A program made the translations under genes and the position numbers. The notes beneath the pieces are model-generated. The model was not told the origin of the DNA. It was given only the letters and a program-made list of their open reading frames with translations, and did no database searches. From positions 32,001 to 96,000 of IMG/VR virus record IMGVR_UViG_3300044705_000115: a stretch of DNA of 64,000 bases; one strand, given 5' to 3'. Origin of the DNA: a virus. How positions within the stretch are numbered: the first letter of the stretch is position 1; each line of letters begins with the position of its first letter. Shown here in pieces: positions 9,184 to 19,056 of the stretch.

Positions 9184-9659
9184 CAGCCAATCTCCTTCCT
9201 GTACTCGTCGGTGACATGGCGAAGCGTCGAGAAACTGCCGATGTGGGCGAACACCCGCTGGTCGTCGGGGTGCATGTCGGCCACCGCGTCGCGGATCGAC
9301 TGGGTCAGGCGCTCGTAGTTGCCGACCAGCGTCTCGTAGTGGGTCAGCGCCTCTAGACGCATGATGTGCGCCGCGACCGCCTCCTCGTCGTACTCCCACG
9401 CCGGAACCCACTCCTTGTCCCCGCAGCGGCGAAGTTCGAGCGGCTGGTCGGCGCCGGGCGAAACGCATCCTACGGGCAGAGGCAGGACTTCTTGGCGCGG
9501 GATGTGGGGGCGGGTCTTCTGCTTGGAGGGCTCGCGGTCGATGTAGAGGGCGACCTGCCCATTGCCGTAGGTATGGAGGTCGCCTTCCTTGCCCTCCCAG
9601 CGCCCGATCACATGGAAGCGGTTTACGTGGTCGTAGAGCTTGGGCATCGAGTTGATCAT
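9183..9659 (-). CDS. hypothetical protein
   Basis: Coupled ORF. Confidence 0.6.
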   Translation of the reverse strand: MINSMPKLYDHVNRFHVIGRWEGKEGDLHTYGNGQVALYIDREPSKQKTRPHIPRQEVLPLPVGCVSPGADQPLELRRCGDKEWVPAWEYDEEAVAAHIMRLEALTHYETLVGNYERLTQSIRDAVADMHPDDQRVFAHIGSFSTLRHVTDEYRKEIG

Positions 9660-9880
9660 CGTTCCCTCTGCTCCTTCCTGACGCGCCGCTCGCGCAGGAT
9701 GTCCAGTTGGTTGCTCGCCTGCGTGATCAGGTCGATCAGCTTCTTCTCCGTCAGCGGGACGCGCCGCAGGCGGTCTGATTTGCCGACCGCGAGGTCTAGC
9801 GTCGGGCCGCTGTCCTCCTCGCCGGGCCGAGCCGGAGGCTGGCGGCTGATACCGATCAGGCGAATCTCTGCGTCAGCCAT
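9656..9880 (-). CDS. hypothetical protein
   Basis: Coupled ORF. Confidence 0.55.
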   Translation of the reverse strand: MADAEIRLIGISRQPPARPGEEDSGPTLDLAVGKSDRLRRVPLTEKKLIDLITQASNQLDILRERRVRKEQRER

Positions 9881-9882
9881 GA

Positions 9883-10422
9883 TCAGACCTTCTCGACAAC
9901 CGTGCGCGGGAAGCGGATCGGGTTGGCGTAGGGCTTGCCGCCGGAGCGCTTGACCCTGTCCAAGTCGCTCTCCTCGACCTTGACGGAGACGGTGGTGCCG
10001 TTGATGCCAACGACCTCGCCGTGCATGTTCATCAGATACTTGGGCTTGACATTCGGGCCGATGGCGACCTTGTCCCCTTTGGCCAGTTTGCCCGCGCGGT
10101 CGATGCGACGCGAGTCGGGAACCAGTTGAGAGCCGCTACCCGTCTCCTTGATGGCGACCTCCGTACCCAGCTCGTAGTCCGCGCCGTTCTTGTCGATGAA
10201 TTTCAGGTCGCGTTTGATGTCTCTCAACGAAATCCAGCGACCCTCTTGTTGGGCGGCCTTATCCGCCACAGCGAAAACCTGCTCGTCGGGCAGTTCCGCG
10301 AAGACGCCTTTGCCCTCGTAGGCGGCGCCGTCGGACAGGCGCTCGAAGAAGTCGCCGCCCGCTTCCGGCAGGGTCAGAACATCGGCTGCGGTCGAGCCAC
10401 CCTTGATCAGCAGAACCTTCAT
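9883..10422 (-). CDS. hypothetical protein with SH3/KOW-like C-terminus
   Basis: GAGGAGG RBS; LxKGDKV...GEVVG...V pattern. Confidence 0.65.
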   Translation of the reverse strand: MKVLLIKGGSTAADVLTLPEAGGDFFERLSDGAAYEGKGVFAELPDEQVFAVADKAAQQEGRWISLRDIKRDLKFIDKNGADYELGTEVAIKETGSGSQLVPDSRRIDRAGKLAKGDKVAIGPNVKPKYLMNMHGEVVGINGTTVSVKVEESDLDRVKRSGGKPYANPIRFPRTVVEKV

Positions 10423-10666
10423 GTCGAACCTCCTCGTAAGCCTTGGTCGGTGCCAACAAAGTTAGCACAGAGAGGAGGACGGTGCAGCAGGAATCAGGTC
10501 GGATCGCCGATCAGCCCGTGGTCGGCGGCGGCGAGCAGAGCTGTCTTCGCTCGCGCCGTGTCCCAGCGGAGCCGCTTCGCTACTTCTGCGGCATCCGCGT
10601 TGCCGCCGAGTTCTTCGACAGCAACGGCGGCGTGGTGCATATCGCCGAGCGTGGAGGCGCCTCGAA

Positions 10667-11122
10667 TCACAGGCTCTTTTTGCCCTTCCTGAGGCCAGGG
10701 TCGAGTTCGGGCATCGGGAAGATAGAGACATCGCCGCCATCGGTGGGCATGTGGCGGTCGCCTATCCGCAGGCTCAGGCTGTCGGCTGGCTTGAGGATGA
10801 CATCGAGCTTGTAGTAGGAGAGCGGTTCGTTGAACTGGTTGACCAGCTTGGCGTAGCTGACATGGACGGTCGAAACCTTCTCCGCCCCCAGCAGTCGCCG
10901 CCACACAGACGGCTCACCTGGGCGCTGCCAGAAGAAGACATCCGGCTCGTAGAGGACGCGCAGACCACTATCGCCGGGATTCTTCAGTTCCGGCTGCTTC
11001 GCCTCGTAGAGGCAGTGCTGCGGAGCGAGGCTGGGATCGCCGATGATCGGCAAGCCGAAGTTGTCGAGGAGGATGATCCGGCCCGGCCGCTTCACGGGCC
11101 GGAACCTACTGCCGCCAGGCAT
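10667..11122 (-). CDS. hypothetical protein
   Basis: ORF composition. Confidence 0.5.
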   Translation of the reverse strand: MPGGSRFRPVKRPGRIILLDNFGLPIIGDPSLAPQHCLYEAKQPELKNPGDSGLRVLYEPDVFFWQRPGEPSVWRRLLGAEKVSTVHVSYAKLVNQFNEPLSYYKLDVILKPADSLSLRIGDRHMPTDGGDVSIFPMPELDPGLRKGKKSL

Positions 11123-11379
11123 TCATCGACAACCTCGACGGTGCGGCGATCCCGGTATTTGGGGTCGCCGATCGTCGCCTCAAGCCGGTCGGTCCCCTCG
11201 GCGACGACATGCTGATGCTCGGGCGCGTGTGCGACGGCCATCGTCGTCTGCTCGCCCTTGTCGGTGCGGACGCCCACGTAGATGCGGCAGCCGCAGGGAA
11301 GCTCGGCGGCTTCGCGGGAGACGAACGCGAAGGGGAACTGGCCGCCGGCGGGGATGTACCACAGCCCTTCGACGATCAC
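11092..11379 (-). CDS. hypothetical protein
   Basis: GGAGG RBS; coupled. Confidence 0.55.
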   Translation of the reverse strand: MIVEGLWYIPAGGQFPFAFVSREAAELPCGCRIYVGVRTDKGEQTTMAVAHAPEHQHVVAEGTDRLEATIGDPKYRDRRTVEVVDECLAAVGSGP

Positions 11380-11672
11380 TGCGCCTCCACCCAGAGCGCG
11401 ATGTCATCAGACCTGAGCTCGAATGCACCGCCGAACTCGAGCGGCTCGATGATGTCGGCCTTGAATGCCTGGTAGTCCACGGGCAGCTCGTCGTCTCCCG
11501 AGAGGCCGAAGTGGTCGAGCAGTATGCAGCGGGCGAGGTCCGAAGGGCCCGATCCGCCGTAGCCCCAGGAGAACCCGGTTGGGCTGTGGCGGACGAAGTG
11601 CTGCAGGTTCTCGACATGGCCGGGGGTTTCAACGACGACATGATGCGGCGGCTCGCCGCGGTAGAGCTTCAC
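11376..11672 (-). CDS. DUF6166-like protein
   Basis: HSPTGFSWGYGGSGPSDLA motif. Confidence 0.75.
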   Translation of the reverse strand: MKLYRGEPPHHVVVETPGHVENLQHFVRHSPTGFSWGYGGSGPSDLARCILLDHFGLSGDDELPVDYQAFKADIIEPLEFGGAFELRSDDIALWVEAQ

Positions 11673-12139
11673 GACGCCCTCAGGACGGTCTCGAACTTCC
11701 AGCAGCCGCCGGTCCATCGAGAGGACGCCGTGTGGATGCGCCCATATGGAAGGCGCCCATGCAGCTCTTGAAACTCCAGCTCCGGCGGATGGAAGTCGCC
11801 GAAATCGAAGAGGTGGATGATCGTCCCCATCGGCAAGCCGTAGCGCTCGGTCTCGAAGCGGCTGCGGACGCTGTCGCCCACGGCCAGCGGGCGTCCGACC
11901 CCATCGACCACCGGCACGCTGTCTTGCCAGCGGGCCAAGGGAAACTCCCGCCCTCTCCACATCCGCGCCGAGTCGAGCAGGTCGTCGCCAGTCTTGAACT
12001 CCTGCGCGTACTCCTCGATCAGCGCGATCCGTTCGTTGCCGTCCTGTCGGCGCCCGCGCCGCTTCATCGCCACGGCGGCGTCCAGCGCCTCCACCATGAA
12101 GGCGACTTCCTCGTCTCTGGTCGGTGCTGCGGGCTTCAC
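11669..12139 (-). CDS. hypothetical protein
   Basis: RBS plus coupling. Confidence 0.55.
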   Translation of the reverse strand: MKPAAPTRDEEVAFMVEALDAAVAMKRRGRRQDGNERIALIEEYAQEFKTGDDLLDSARMWRGREFPLARWQDSVPVVDGVGRPLAVGDSVRSRFETERYGLPMGTIIHLFDFGDFHPPELEFQELHGRLPYGRIHTASSRWTGGCWKFETVLRAS

Positions 12140-12430
12140 TCGCTCCCCCTCTCCGGGATGTAGAACCCAAGCAGGCCCTCTTTGTGGCTGAACCCGATCA
12201 CGACCGGTTTCGGTATCTGCCGCGCCGGCTCGGCCCCCTCGTTCTCCTCGGCCTCCGGCTTCTCTGCCTCGCTCACATCGTCGCTAGCCATCGGTCTCTC
12301 GTCTCCTCCCACATCGACGGTTCGTCGTGTTCCTCTGCCCAGTGCAGCAGATAGCTGTACCGGAAGTCCTCGGCCATCAGCAGTTGCAGCGCCAGCAGGT
12401 TCAGGAAGTGCCGACGCAGTCCGCTGTCCA

Positions 12431-12805
12431 TCAGGACAGCAGGTCTATCGACGGCTTCCAGTAGGGCTCGACCTTCGCCCAGAACGCTTCGATCACTTCC
12501 ATCCGCCGGCGGTATTCGCGTACGCGCAGGGACTCGAAATCATCGGGCCAGGTGCCGATTGGCTCGTTGCGGGCGTTGACCAGCCGGTCGCCGATCCACT
12601 GGACGCCAGGCAGGTAGCCGGGGGCGCCGAGCATCGGGCGCTTCTGGATGCTCGTGAAGGCGGCCTCGGGGTCGATGACCACGCCCTCGTTCTCCAGCGT
12701 CACGCCGCCATCGTCGTCTACGGACTCCGGCGCGGCGTCTTCCCGCTGCTGGCGGCGCTCTGCGGCCTTCTGGCGGCGTTCCTCCCTGCGCCTCGCCTTC
12801 CCCAT
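12431..12805 (-). CDS. hypothetical protein
   Basis: MGKARRR N-terminus common in phage small proteins. Confidence 0.55.
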   Translation of the reverse strand: MGKARRREERRQKAAERRQQREDAAPESVDDDGGVTLENEGVVIDPEAAFTSIQKRPMLGAPGYLPGVQWIGDRLVNARNEPIGTWPDDFESLRVREYRRRMEVIEAFWAKVEPYWKPSIDLLS

Positions 12806-13491
12806 CTAAACCACCGCCCCTGCGAGAGCGATCACGCCCAACACGGCCGCCACGGCGGCCATGACGAGGAAGACGCTCACGACCAGCATCACCACGATCA
12901 GGGAGACGAACAGCATCGTGAACATCGCTTCTTCCATCCGGTCGGCCATCAGGGCGCCTCCCAACGGCCCTGCCGCTCGTTCCAGACCCAGCCCCAGCGC
13001 TTCATCTCGACATGCTTGGGGTCGTCACAGCGACAGGTGCCGTCCTCGCGGAAGTGCTGCGGCGCGAGGATCCCGAGCGGGCAGGTTGAGAGCCGCACCC
13101 TCATCGCCGTGGCCCCAGCGCTTCTAGGCAGTCGATCTTCAGCGTTTCCTTGCTCAGCCCCCGCTGCTTGCCTTCGATGACCAGCGTGGCGCTGCCGCAT
13201 TCAAAGGTCGTGCGGTTGTCGTTTTCGACGATCAGGAACATGGCTAAGACCACGACGACCATCACGAGCGCGGCGAAGACTGCGGCGCCCATCAGACCGC
13301 CGCCGCGACGATGATGGCCGCCCCGATGATCGCCACGCCGATGATCACCGCGAAGAGAACCAGCCCGCGAAAGATCGCGTTGCCGATGACATGGAAGTTC
13401 TGCTCGTAGTGGTTCCCGTTGCCGCTGAGATTGACATGGAAGGCTCTCGCTGGCTGCTCGATCTGAACGCGCTGCGGCTCGTTCGCCGCCA

Positions 13492-13725
13492 TCAGCCCGC
13501 ACCTGCCGGGAAGCGCCAGGTTCCGCCCGGCACGCCGGAGGCGTCTTCCTCGGCCATGTGGGGGTAGCGCTTGACGCCGCGCACCCTTTTGACCGGTTCG
13601 TCGCCGTCGCCGACGCCGAACACCGAGAGCGTCACGATCTGATCTTCGGCGTTCTCGACGGCAGTGACGATAGCCGCGAGGTCGCGGCCGTTCTCGGTGC
13701 GGTAGATGACCGCCTGGGCCAGCAT
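13492..13725 (-). CDS. conserved phage hypothetical (AAIVT...GTWxxP)
   Basis: VIY...AAIVTAV...LSVF...GTWRFP pattern. Confidence 0.6.
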   Translation of the reverse strand: MLAQAVIYRTENGRDLAAIVTAVENAEDQIVTLSVFGVGDGDEPVKRVRGVKRYPHMAEEDASGVPGGTWRFPAGAG

Positions 13726-13801
13726 CAGGCGTGCCTCTGGAACTTCACCTTTTCGCTCAACGCGAAATCCTCCTTGGTCGGGTGCGAGCAGGCTACCGGA
13801 T

Positions 13802-14308
13802 TCAGAGACCCCTGCGGCGCATCTCCCGCGCCGGCGGCCAGCGCATCCCGTTACTTGCGGTCTTACTGCCCTTCAGCACGTTGCAGCGCTTGCACATCGT
13901 CTGCAGGTTGTCGTCCTTGGAGGAGCCGCCGCGGGAGACGGGGATGATGTGGTCGAGCGTCAGCTCGCGCTTGTCGTTTTCGCCGCAGCGCACGCACTCG
14001 TAGCCGTCGCGCTTGTAGATGCGCTCGCGCTTGGCCTTGCTGATCTTGCCCCGGCGCCCGCGCTTCTTGCCTTCGGCCTTGGCGAGGGCTCGCTTCTGGG
14101 CGCGGCTGTATGGGCGCTTGGTCTTGGCGCCCTGATCCCCGACTCCGGCGCCCGGCGACGGCGGCTCGGCCACATCCGGGCCGATGCGCCGCCAGCCTTT
14201 GTCGCGGTCCTTGGTGACCTTGACCAGCAGGGTTCGGCAGAAGTCGCACTCCGTCGGCGGAAGCTTGGAATCGAAGATCGTGCCGCAGTACCGGTGTTCC
14301 CAGCCCAT
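13802..14308 (-). CDS. HNH endonuclease
   Basis: RDGYECVRCG...LTLDHIIPVSRGG...NLQTMCKRCN. Confidence 0.9.
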   Translation of the reverse strand: MGWEHRYCGTIFDSKLPPTECDFCRTLLVKVTKDRDKGWRRIGPDVAEPPSPGAGVGDQGAKTKRPYSRAQKRALAKAEGKKRGRRGKISKAKRERIYKRDGYECVRCGENDKRELTLDHIIPVSRGGSSKDDNLQTMCKRCNVLKGSKTASNGMRWPPAREMRRRGL

Positions 14309-14314
14309 CGCCTG

Positions 14315-14414
14315 ATCAAATCAAGCCGCCCGGCCTCTGGGATGAGAAGACCGGGCGGCGGGGGACTGCATCAGGGAGGAGAGTTACCTCTATGTGGCTA
14401 CGGTCACCGCAGCA
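14315..14414 (-). ncRNA. candidate small RNA or leader
   Basis: TAAGGT -10 at 14421-14426; two short hairpins, a CCUCCC tract and a GC hairpin followed by a U-rich tail. Confidence 0.35.
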
Positions 14415-14432
14415 GGGCAAACCTTAGACCGC

Positions 14433-15146
14433 CTAGCGGTCGGTGACTAGGCCCACTTCGCCTTCCTCGCGCAGGAGCCGATCAACGGTCTCCAGCGGCA
14501 TGTGGACGATGTGGGGGTAGGCGCGACCCCACGAGTTGAGGATCGGCAGCAGTTCGGAGTCGTCGGGGATCCCCACGACCGCCTTGACTTCCTCGGCGCT
14601 GGTCGCCCAGCGGTAGGCGGCGATGCCCTCGCGCAGGTAGGGGCCGTAGTCCTTGCCCGCCCTCAAGGTGACATGGCCCTTGTCGAGCAGGATGCTGAGC
14701 GCGGCGCGGACGGTCGAGCCTTCGCCCGGCGGCGTGTCCGGGAATTCGTCGGCGAGCTGGGCTTCGCGGTAGAGCCAGAGCGCGTCGTAGCGCTTGCGGT
14801 TGAGCAGGGACATCATCCGGCTCGCGCCGAAGCCCGTGCAGGCACCTTCGCGCCCCTGGTCGTAGAAGTCCCACCAGGCGACGGGATCGCCGAGCGCTGG
14901 CGGCTTGGCCGCGAAGCAGTGCCCGCCGCGGACGGTGCCGAGATGATCGACATCGCGGCCGATCAGGTAGATGTAGGCGCCGCTGGCGCTGCGGACTTTG
15001 ACCGGCGTGTCGAAGTCCGTGTACCAGTTGGAGCCGATCACGATCGGCGAGTTGACGGGCTGTTCGGCGGCGCGGAGGGCGCGGAGGGGGTACTTCTCTA
15101 CGTGGGCGAAGTCGGCTGGGATGCGGCGTCCGAGCGGCCCTTGCAT
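14433..15146 (-). CDS. papain-like (C1) cysteine peptidase, permuted
   Basis: DQGREGACTGF, GGH and NSWG motifs; leaderless start after TAGAAT. Confidence 0.8.
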   Translation of the reverse strand: MQGPLGRRIPADFAHVEKYPLRALRAAEQPVNSPIVIGSNWYTDFDTPVKVRSASGAYIYLIGRDVDHLGTVRGGHCFAAKPPALGDPVAWWDFYDQGREGACTGFGASRMMSLLNRKRYDALWLYREAQLADEFPDTPPGEGSTVRAALSILLDKGHVTLRAGKDYGPYLREGIAAYRWATSAEEVKAVVGIPDDSELLPILNSWGRAYPHIVHMPLETVDRLLREEGEVGLVTDR

Positions 15147-15305
15147 GGCTCGGATTCTAGGTTCTCCGCAGCAACGAGCCGGTCTAAATCTTTCCTAAGC
15201 CGCCGAATGCGGTCGTTGTACAGCACCTTGTTCTGCTGCAGAACCCGTCGCCGCCCGCGTTCGGCAAGGTCGAGTTCGGCTTCCACTATCTCGCGGTCGG
15301 TCATG

Positions 15306-15650
15306 TCAGTAAGCGCTGAGGAGGATGTCGAGCCAACGCAGCATGTGCTGGCGCTGAGCGGAGTCCTTGATCACGCGGCCCGAGCCGCGAGCGAGCCGGA
15401 ACAGCAGGCCAGCGGCGATGACAGCGACGGGATCGTGGATAGGCTCGGCTGGCCGCTCCGGCGCTAGGCGTAGCTCAAGGGGACCGACCTGAACCAGCGG
15501 GCCGCTCGCATACTCGTGGCCCTCGTCTCCCCAGCGGGCCACGATGGTCGGTGGCACCCCTCCGCCGCCTTGGTCGCAGGTGTAGATGTCGTGGCCGACG
15601 AGCTGGCCCCTGAACCTGCAGCGCTCGCAGTCGTGCTGGAACTCGGGCAT
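15306..15650 (-). CDS. hypothetical protein
   Basis: HDCERC...D(I)YTC...ARWGD..YASG pattern. Confidence 0.6.
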   Translation of the reverse strand: MPEFQHDCERCRFRGQLVGHDIYTCDQGGGGVPPTIVARWGDEGHEYASGPLVQVGPLELRLAPERPAEPIHDPVAVIAAGLLFRLARGSGRVIKDSAQRQHMLRWLDILLSAY

Positions 15651-16034
15651 CAGCGGTCCCACCAGAAGGAGAACGGCAGCACGACGACGGCGGCGATGAT
15701 GATCCACTGCGTCAAGGACAGCGTCGTGCCGATCACGATTTCGACAGCCGTCGCCGCGATCACGATCAGCAGCAAGGAGATAACCGTTCCGAGCCACCAG
15801 CGCGGCTCCCCGATAACGCCCAGCGGGTTCAAAGCACGAACTCCTCCAGGGTCGCCGTCACATGGGCCATCTTCTCGGCGACATCGATCGCGGAGCGCGG
15901 GCCGTGAACCCGCATGTGTTGGCGAGTCGCGTCGGTCATCTGCCGTTTCGCCTCCTCCGTGCCGACTTCCTCTTGCCAGTCGGAGTAGGCGAAGGGGTCG
16001 TCCAGCAGGCTCAGCGGGAACTCCTCGAAGGTAC

Positions 16035-16319
16035 TCATGCATTCGTCCTTTCCAGTAGGCCGCGTATCTCGGTCGCAGCGTTTACTTCGCCCTCGGCCCG
16101 GGCGATGTCGTTGGGCAGACCCTCCTTGGTGGCTGGGCCACGATCTTTCTCGATTCGGCGGCATTCGGCAAGCGCAGCGGATATTGCGTCCTCGCGGTCT
16201 TTGACCTGGCCCCGCGACATCGCCAGCAGACAAGCTAGGAAGTCGGTCTCCTCGTCCACGGTGAAGAGTTTGGGGATGCCCTTCCGCTCGAGCAGGCGGT
16301 TGATCCACGATCTGATCAT
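16035..16319 (-). CDS. hypothetical protein
   Basis: Coupled ORF. Confidence 0.55.
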   Translation of the reverse strand: MIRSWINRLLERKGIPKLFTVDEETDFLACLLAMSRGQVKDREDAISAALAECRRIEKDRGPATKEGLPNDIARAEGEVNAATEIRGLLERTNA

Positions 16320-16329
16320 GGCTCTGCCT

Positions 16330-16716
16330 TCAATCCCACAGGTGGCCGTACCACTCGTTGAACAAGGCTCTGGCCTCGCCGATCACTTCCGTCTTCTCCC
16401 GCGCCTCAGCCGTGTCCTCCAGCGGGTAGCCGCCCTCCTCGGCATAGAGCGAAAAGCCAGCGACGATCTTGTCGAGGATCGCGCCCCAAGCGGCGAGCGC
16501 GTCGGCATCGCTGTCGGTGGCCTCTGACAACTGCATGGGCCAGCCGTGCAGGTTGTCCCTGATCTCCTGCACGCCGCCGGCGATGACGCAGGCGAGGTAG
16601 CCGTCGAAGTCGTAGGTGTCCTCGGTCGAGTAGCCGCGCCGTGCCCGCTGCGCCCAGTTCGTCAACCAGCGACGCGGCGAGTACTCGGAGGCGAGCCGCT
16701 GGATCCGGCGGATCAT
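16330..16716 (-). CDS. conserved phage hypothetical (RARRGYS...HGWP...LWD)
   Basis: Motif pattern typical of phage hypotheticals. Confidence 0.65.
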   Translation of the reverse strand: MIRRIQRLASEYSPRRWLTNWAQRARRGYSTEDTYDFDGYLACVIAGGVQEIRDNLHGWPMQLSEATDSDADALAAWGAILDKIVAGFSLYAEEGGYPLEDTAEAREKTEVIGEARALFNEWYGHLWD

Positions 16717-17079
16717 GCCTTCTCCCCGAAGCGCCGCCCGTACTCCAAGACGACGATGACGCGCTGCCAATGCCAGTGCCAGTCTTCCTCCTCGAAGCGG
16801 CGACGAAGCTCCTCGTCTGAGGAGTCCGCGATCAGCTTCCTCCATGCATCGCGTTCTTCGCCTTCGCGGTAGGAGCGCTCGTTGCTGGCTTCCGGCCAGT
16901 TCATCCCATCGTCGCCTGACAGTGCGGGCAGCGGCAGGACATGCCGGGTCGCAGGTCGCCGCAGTTCTGGCAGTGGGTGATCATCTTGGCGCTCGGCGGG
17001 TTCTTGTGGCCGCAGTGGCAAGTCCACGCGCTCGGGTCGTACTTGCCCTGCACCGTGGCTTTCTCGCTCATCAACTGCG

Positions 17080-17439
17080 TCAGCGGGTTCTCCATCGTTC
17101 CTCCTCGGGCTTGAACTGCCAGTTGTCGATCCGGCCGAACCACGAGGCCAGCATGTAGCCAGCGGCCGCGACCTTGTACTCGTGCGAGAAGGCGAAGCAG
17201 CCGATGGTCGTCTGAACGGCTTTGAAGGCGTCTTCGGCGACGATGCCCTCGTAGGGGTAGAACTCGACGCCTTTGGGCAGGCCGTTGCGGAACCACGATT
17301 CGACGATCTCCGTCCACTCGTTGCCGTCCCAGAACTCCTTCGGGATGTCCTCCTCCGCAGGCGCCCACTCGGTCGCTCGCGCGGGGAAGGCTACATCGAC
17401 TTTGGTGATGTCGCTGGGCGGTGGCCCTAGCTCAGCCAT
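17080..17439 (-). CDS. hypothetical protein
   Basis: Protein-like ORF; coupled. Confidence 0.6.
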   Translation of the reverse strand: MAELGPPPSDITKVDVAFPARATEWAPAEEDIPKEFWDGNEWTEIVESWFRNGLPKGVEFYPYEGIVAEDAFKAVQTTIGCFAFSHEYKVAAAGYMLASWFGRIDNWQFKPEEERWRTR

Positions 17440-17770
17440 CGCTTTTATCCTTCGCTGCGGCTAAGGCTTCAAGCCAGCGCGTTATCAGTGCTTCGGCCTC
17501 TTCGTGATCGAAGTCGATTGCCTCGCCTGGGTCGTCGGCTTCCCGCTCTAGCACTGCCGAGAACAACTCGAAGAGCATCAGCGCAGAAAGCGGCTGACGA
17601 AGCCCTGCCTCCCACTCCTCCCGGAGGGCTGAGACCTCGGCTACTTCAACTTTCTCCCCCAGCTTGAAATGCACATCGGGAGTTGCGGGACGAACCTCGA
17701 CGGGGCCTCCCTGCGGCGGACCGACCAGCATCCAGCGCCGTGCCTTGCTCATTGTCTTGACCTCATCCAC
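17432..17770 (-). CDS. hypothetical protein
   Basis: Coupled ORF. Confidence 0.5.
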   Translation of the reverse strand: MDEVKTMSKARRWMLVGPPQGGPVEVRPATPDVHFKLGEKVEVAEVSALREEWEAGLRQPLSALMLFELFSAVLEREADDPGEAIDFDHEEAEALITRWLEALAAAKDKSDG

Positions 17771-18125
17771 CCAGTACTCCCTTCAGCATCGGTTCGAGCC
17801 GCAGCGCCTCGTCGCGGTCGATCACGAGCATGGTGATGGTGCGCGGGTCGTCGGGGTTAGCGTGGATCCGCTGCCACTCGAACTGGTCGTAGATGACCAT
17901 CGCCGCATCGAAGTTCTGGGTCTGGAACACATCGTTTGCGCGACCGCCGCCGATGATCGACCCGATCTTCTGGCCCTCCCGGTTCTCGGCGACAGCGACC
18001 AGCACCTTGCCCTCCGGCACATCGGCCAGCGAGGCCCCGGTGAAGTCCTCAGCGCCGTGGTCGTTGCGCAGGCGAGCCGCCTTGCCGATGCTCAGGCGGT
18101 CGGGCCAGTCGAGGTAGACGCCCAT
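17763..18125 (-). CDS. hypothetical protein
   Basis: Coupled ORF. Confidence 0.6.
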   Translation of the reverse strand: MGVYLDWPDRLSIGKAARLRNDHGAEDFTGASLADVPEGKVLVAVAENREGQKIGSIIGGGRANDVFQTQNFDAAMVIYDQFEWQRIHANPDDPRTITMLVIDRDEALRLEPMLKGVLGG

Positions 18126-18639
18126 CAGCTTCTCCCCGTAGGCGGCGTAGGGAACCAGCTTGCAGCGCGGGTCGCTGTCGCGTGGACATTGCGCATCGTC
18201 AGCATCGCAGCCTTCTGGCCCACGACGGTACTCTCCAACGCCCTGATGTAGGCGTCGATCTGCTCGCCCGTCGCTGGCTCGTCACCCGGTGGCCAGCCCG
18301 CTTCCTCGCGGATGCGCGGCAGCGTTTCTTCCTGTGCCTGCTGCAGCGTGTCGCGGAAGGCCATCAGTCCGCCGCCAGCAGGTCGTACCAGTTGCCCTCG
18401 GCGTCCTTCTCGAACCCAGCGTCCCGTAGCCGCTGCTCGATTACCTCGGGGTGGTTGGCTTCTAGGTGGGCTTTCTGGCCCGGCAGGTCGGCGGTCGGCA
18501 GCTTGAAGCCGCAAACCGGACAGGCGATGTTCTCTTCGTCGTCGGGCATCGAATCCTCCTCCTCGGTCGGGTCGGCCAAGGTTACCGCCCGAAACCGGCA
18601 GCGAGGGCGCTGAATGGCCCTCGCTCCGGCTTCGGTCAC

Positions 18640-18969
18640 CTAGGCGTGCGTCAGGGTGTTGAGCGCGAACGCCTTCCAGTCGAGGCAGGCGTCGAGGTTG
18701 ATGCCGTCGAGCAGACCGTTGAGGTCGTCGATCGCCTTCGGGTCGGGCTTGCCGTTGACCGGCGGCTTGTAGCTGTCGCAGTTGAACGAGACTGCGCAGA
18801 CCGGTTGTCCTTTGTCGTCGGTCTCGATCTCCCCGACGACGATCCGCTCGTCGAGGTTCAGCGTGTCGATCCGGCGCTGCAGGTCCTTGATCGCCTCCGG
18901 GCCGGCGCCCAGGTAGCTGAGGGTGGTGACCAGCCGCGTCGTCGCGTCGTGGTCGAGTTCCTTGGTCAT
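18640..18969 (-). CDS. hypothetical protein
   Basis: AAGGAG RBS; downstream of an extended -10 promoter. Confidence 0.65.
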   Translation of the reverse strand: MTKELDHDATTRLVTTLSYLGAGPEAIKDLQRRIDTLNLDERIVVGEIETDDKGQPVCAVSFNCDSYKPPVNGKPDPKAIDDLNGLLDGINLDACLDWKAFALNTLTHA

Positions 18970-19056
18970 GCCTTCTCCTTCGTTGTGCGCCCAGCCCGAC
19001 ATGCCACGGGGGGCGGGCGTTTCCTTGGTCGGGATGCCAACGAAGTTATCAGTCCT

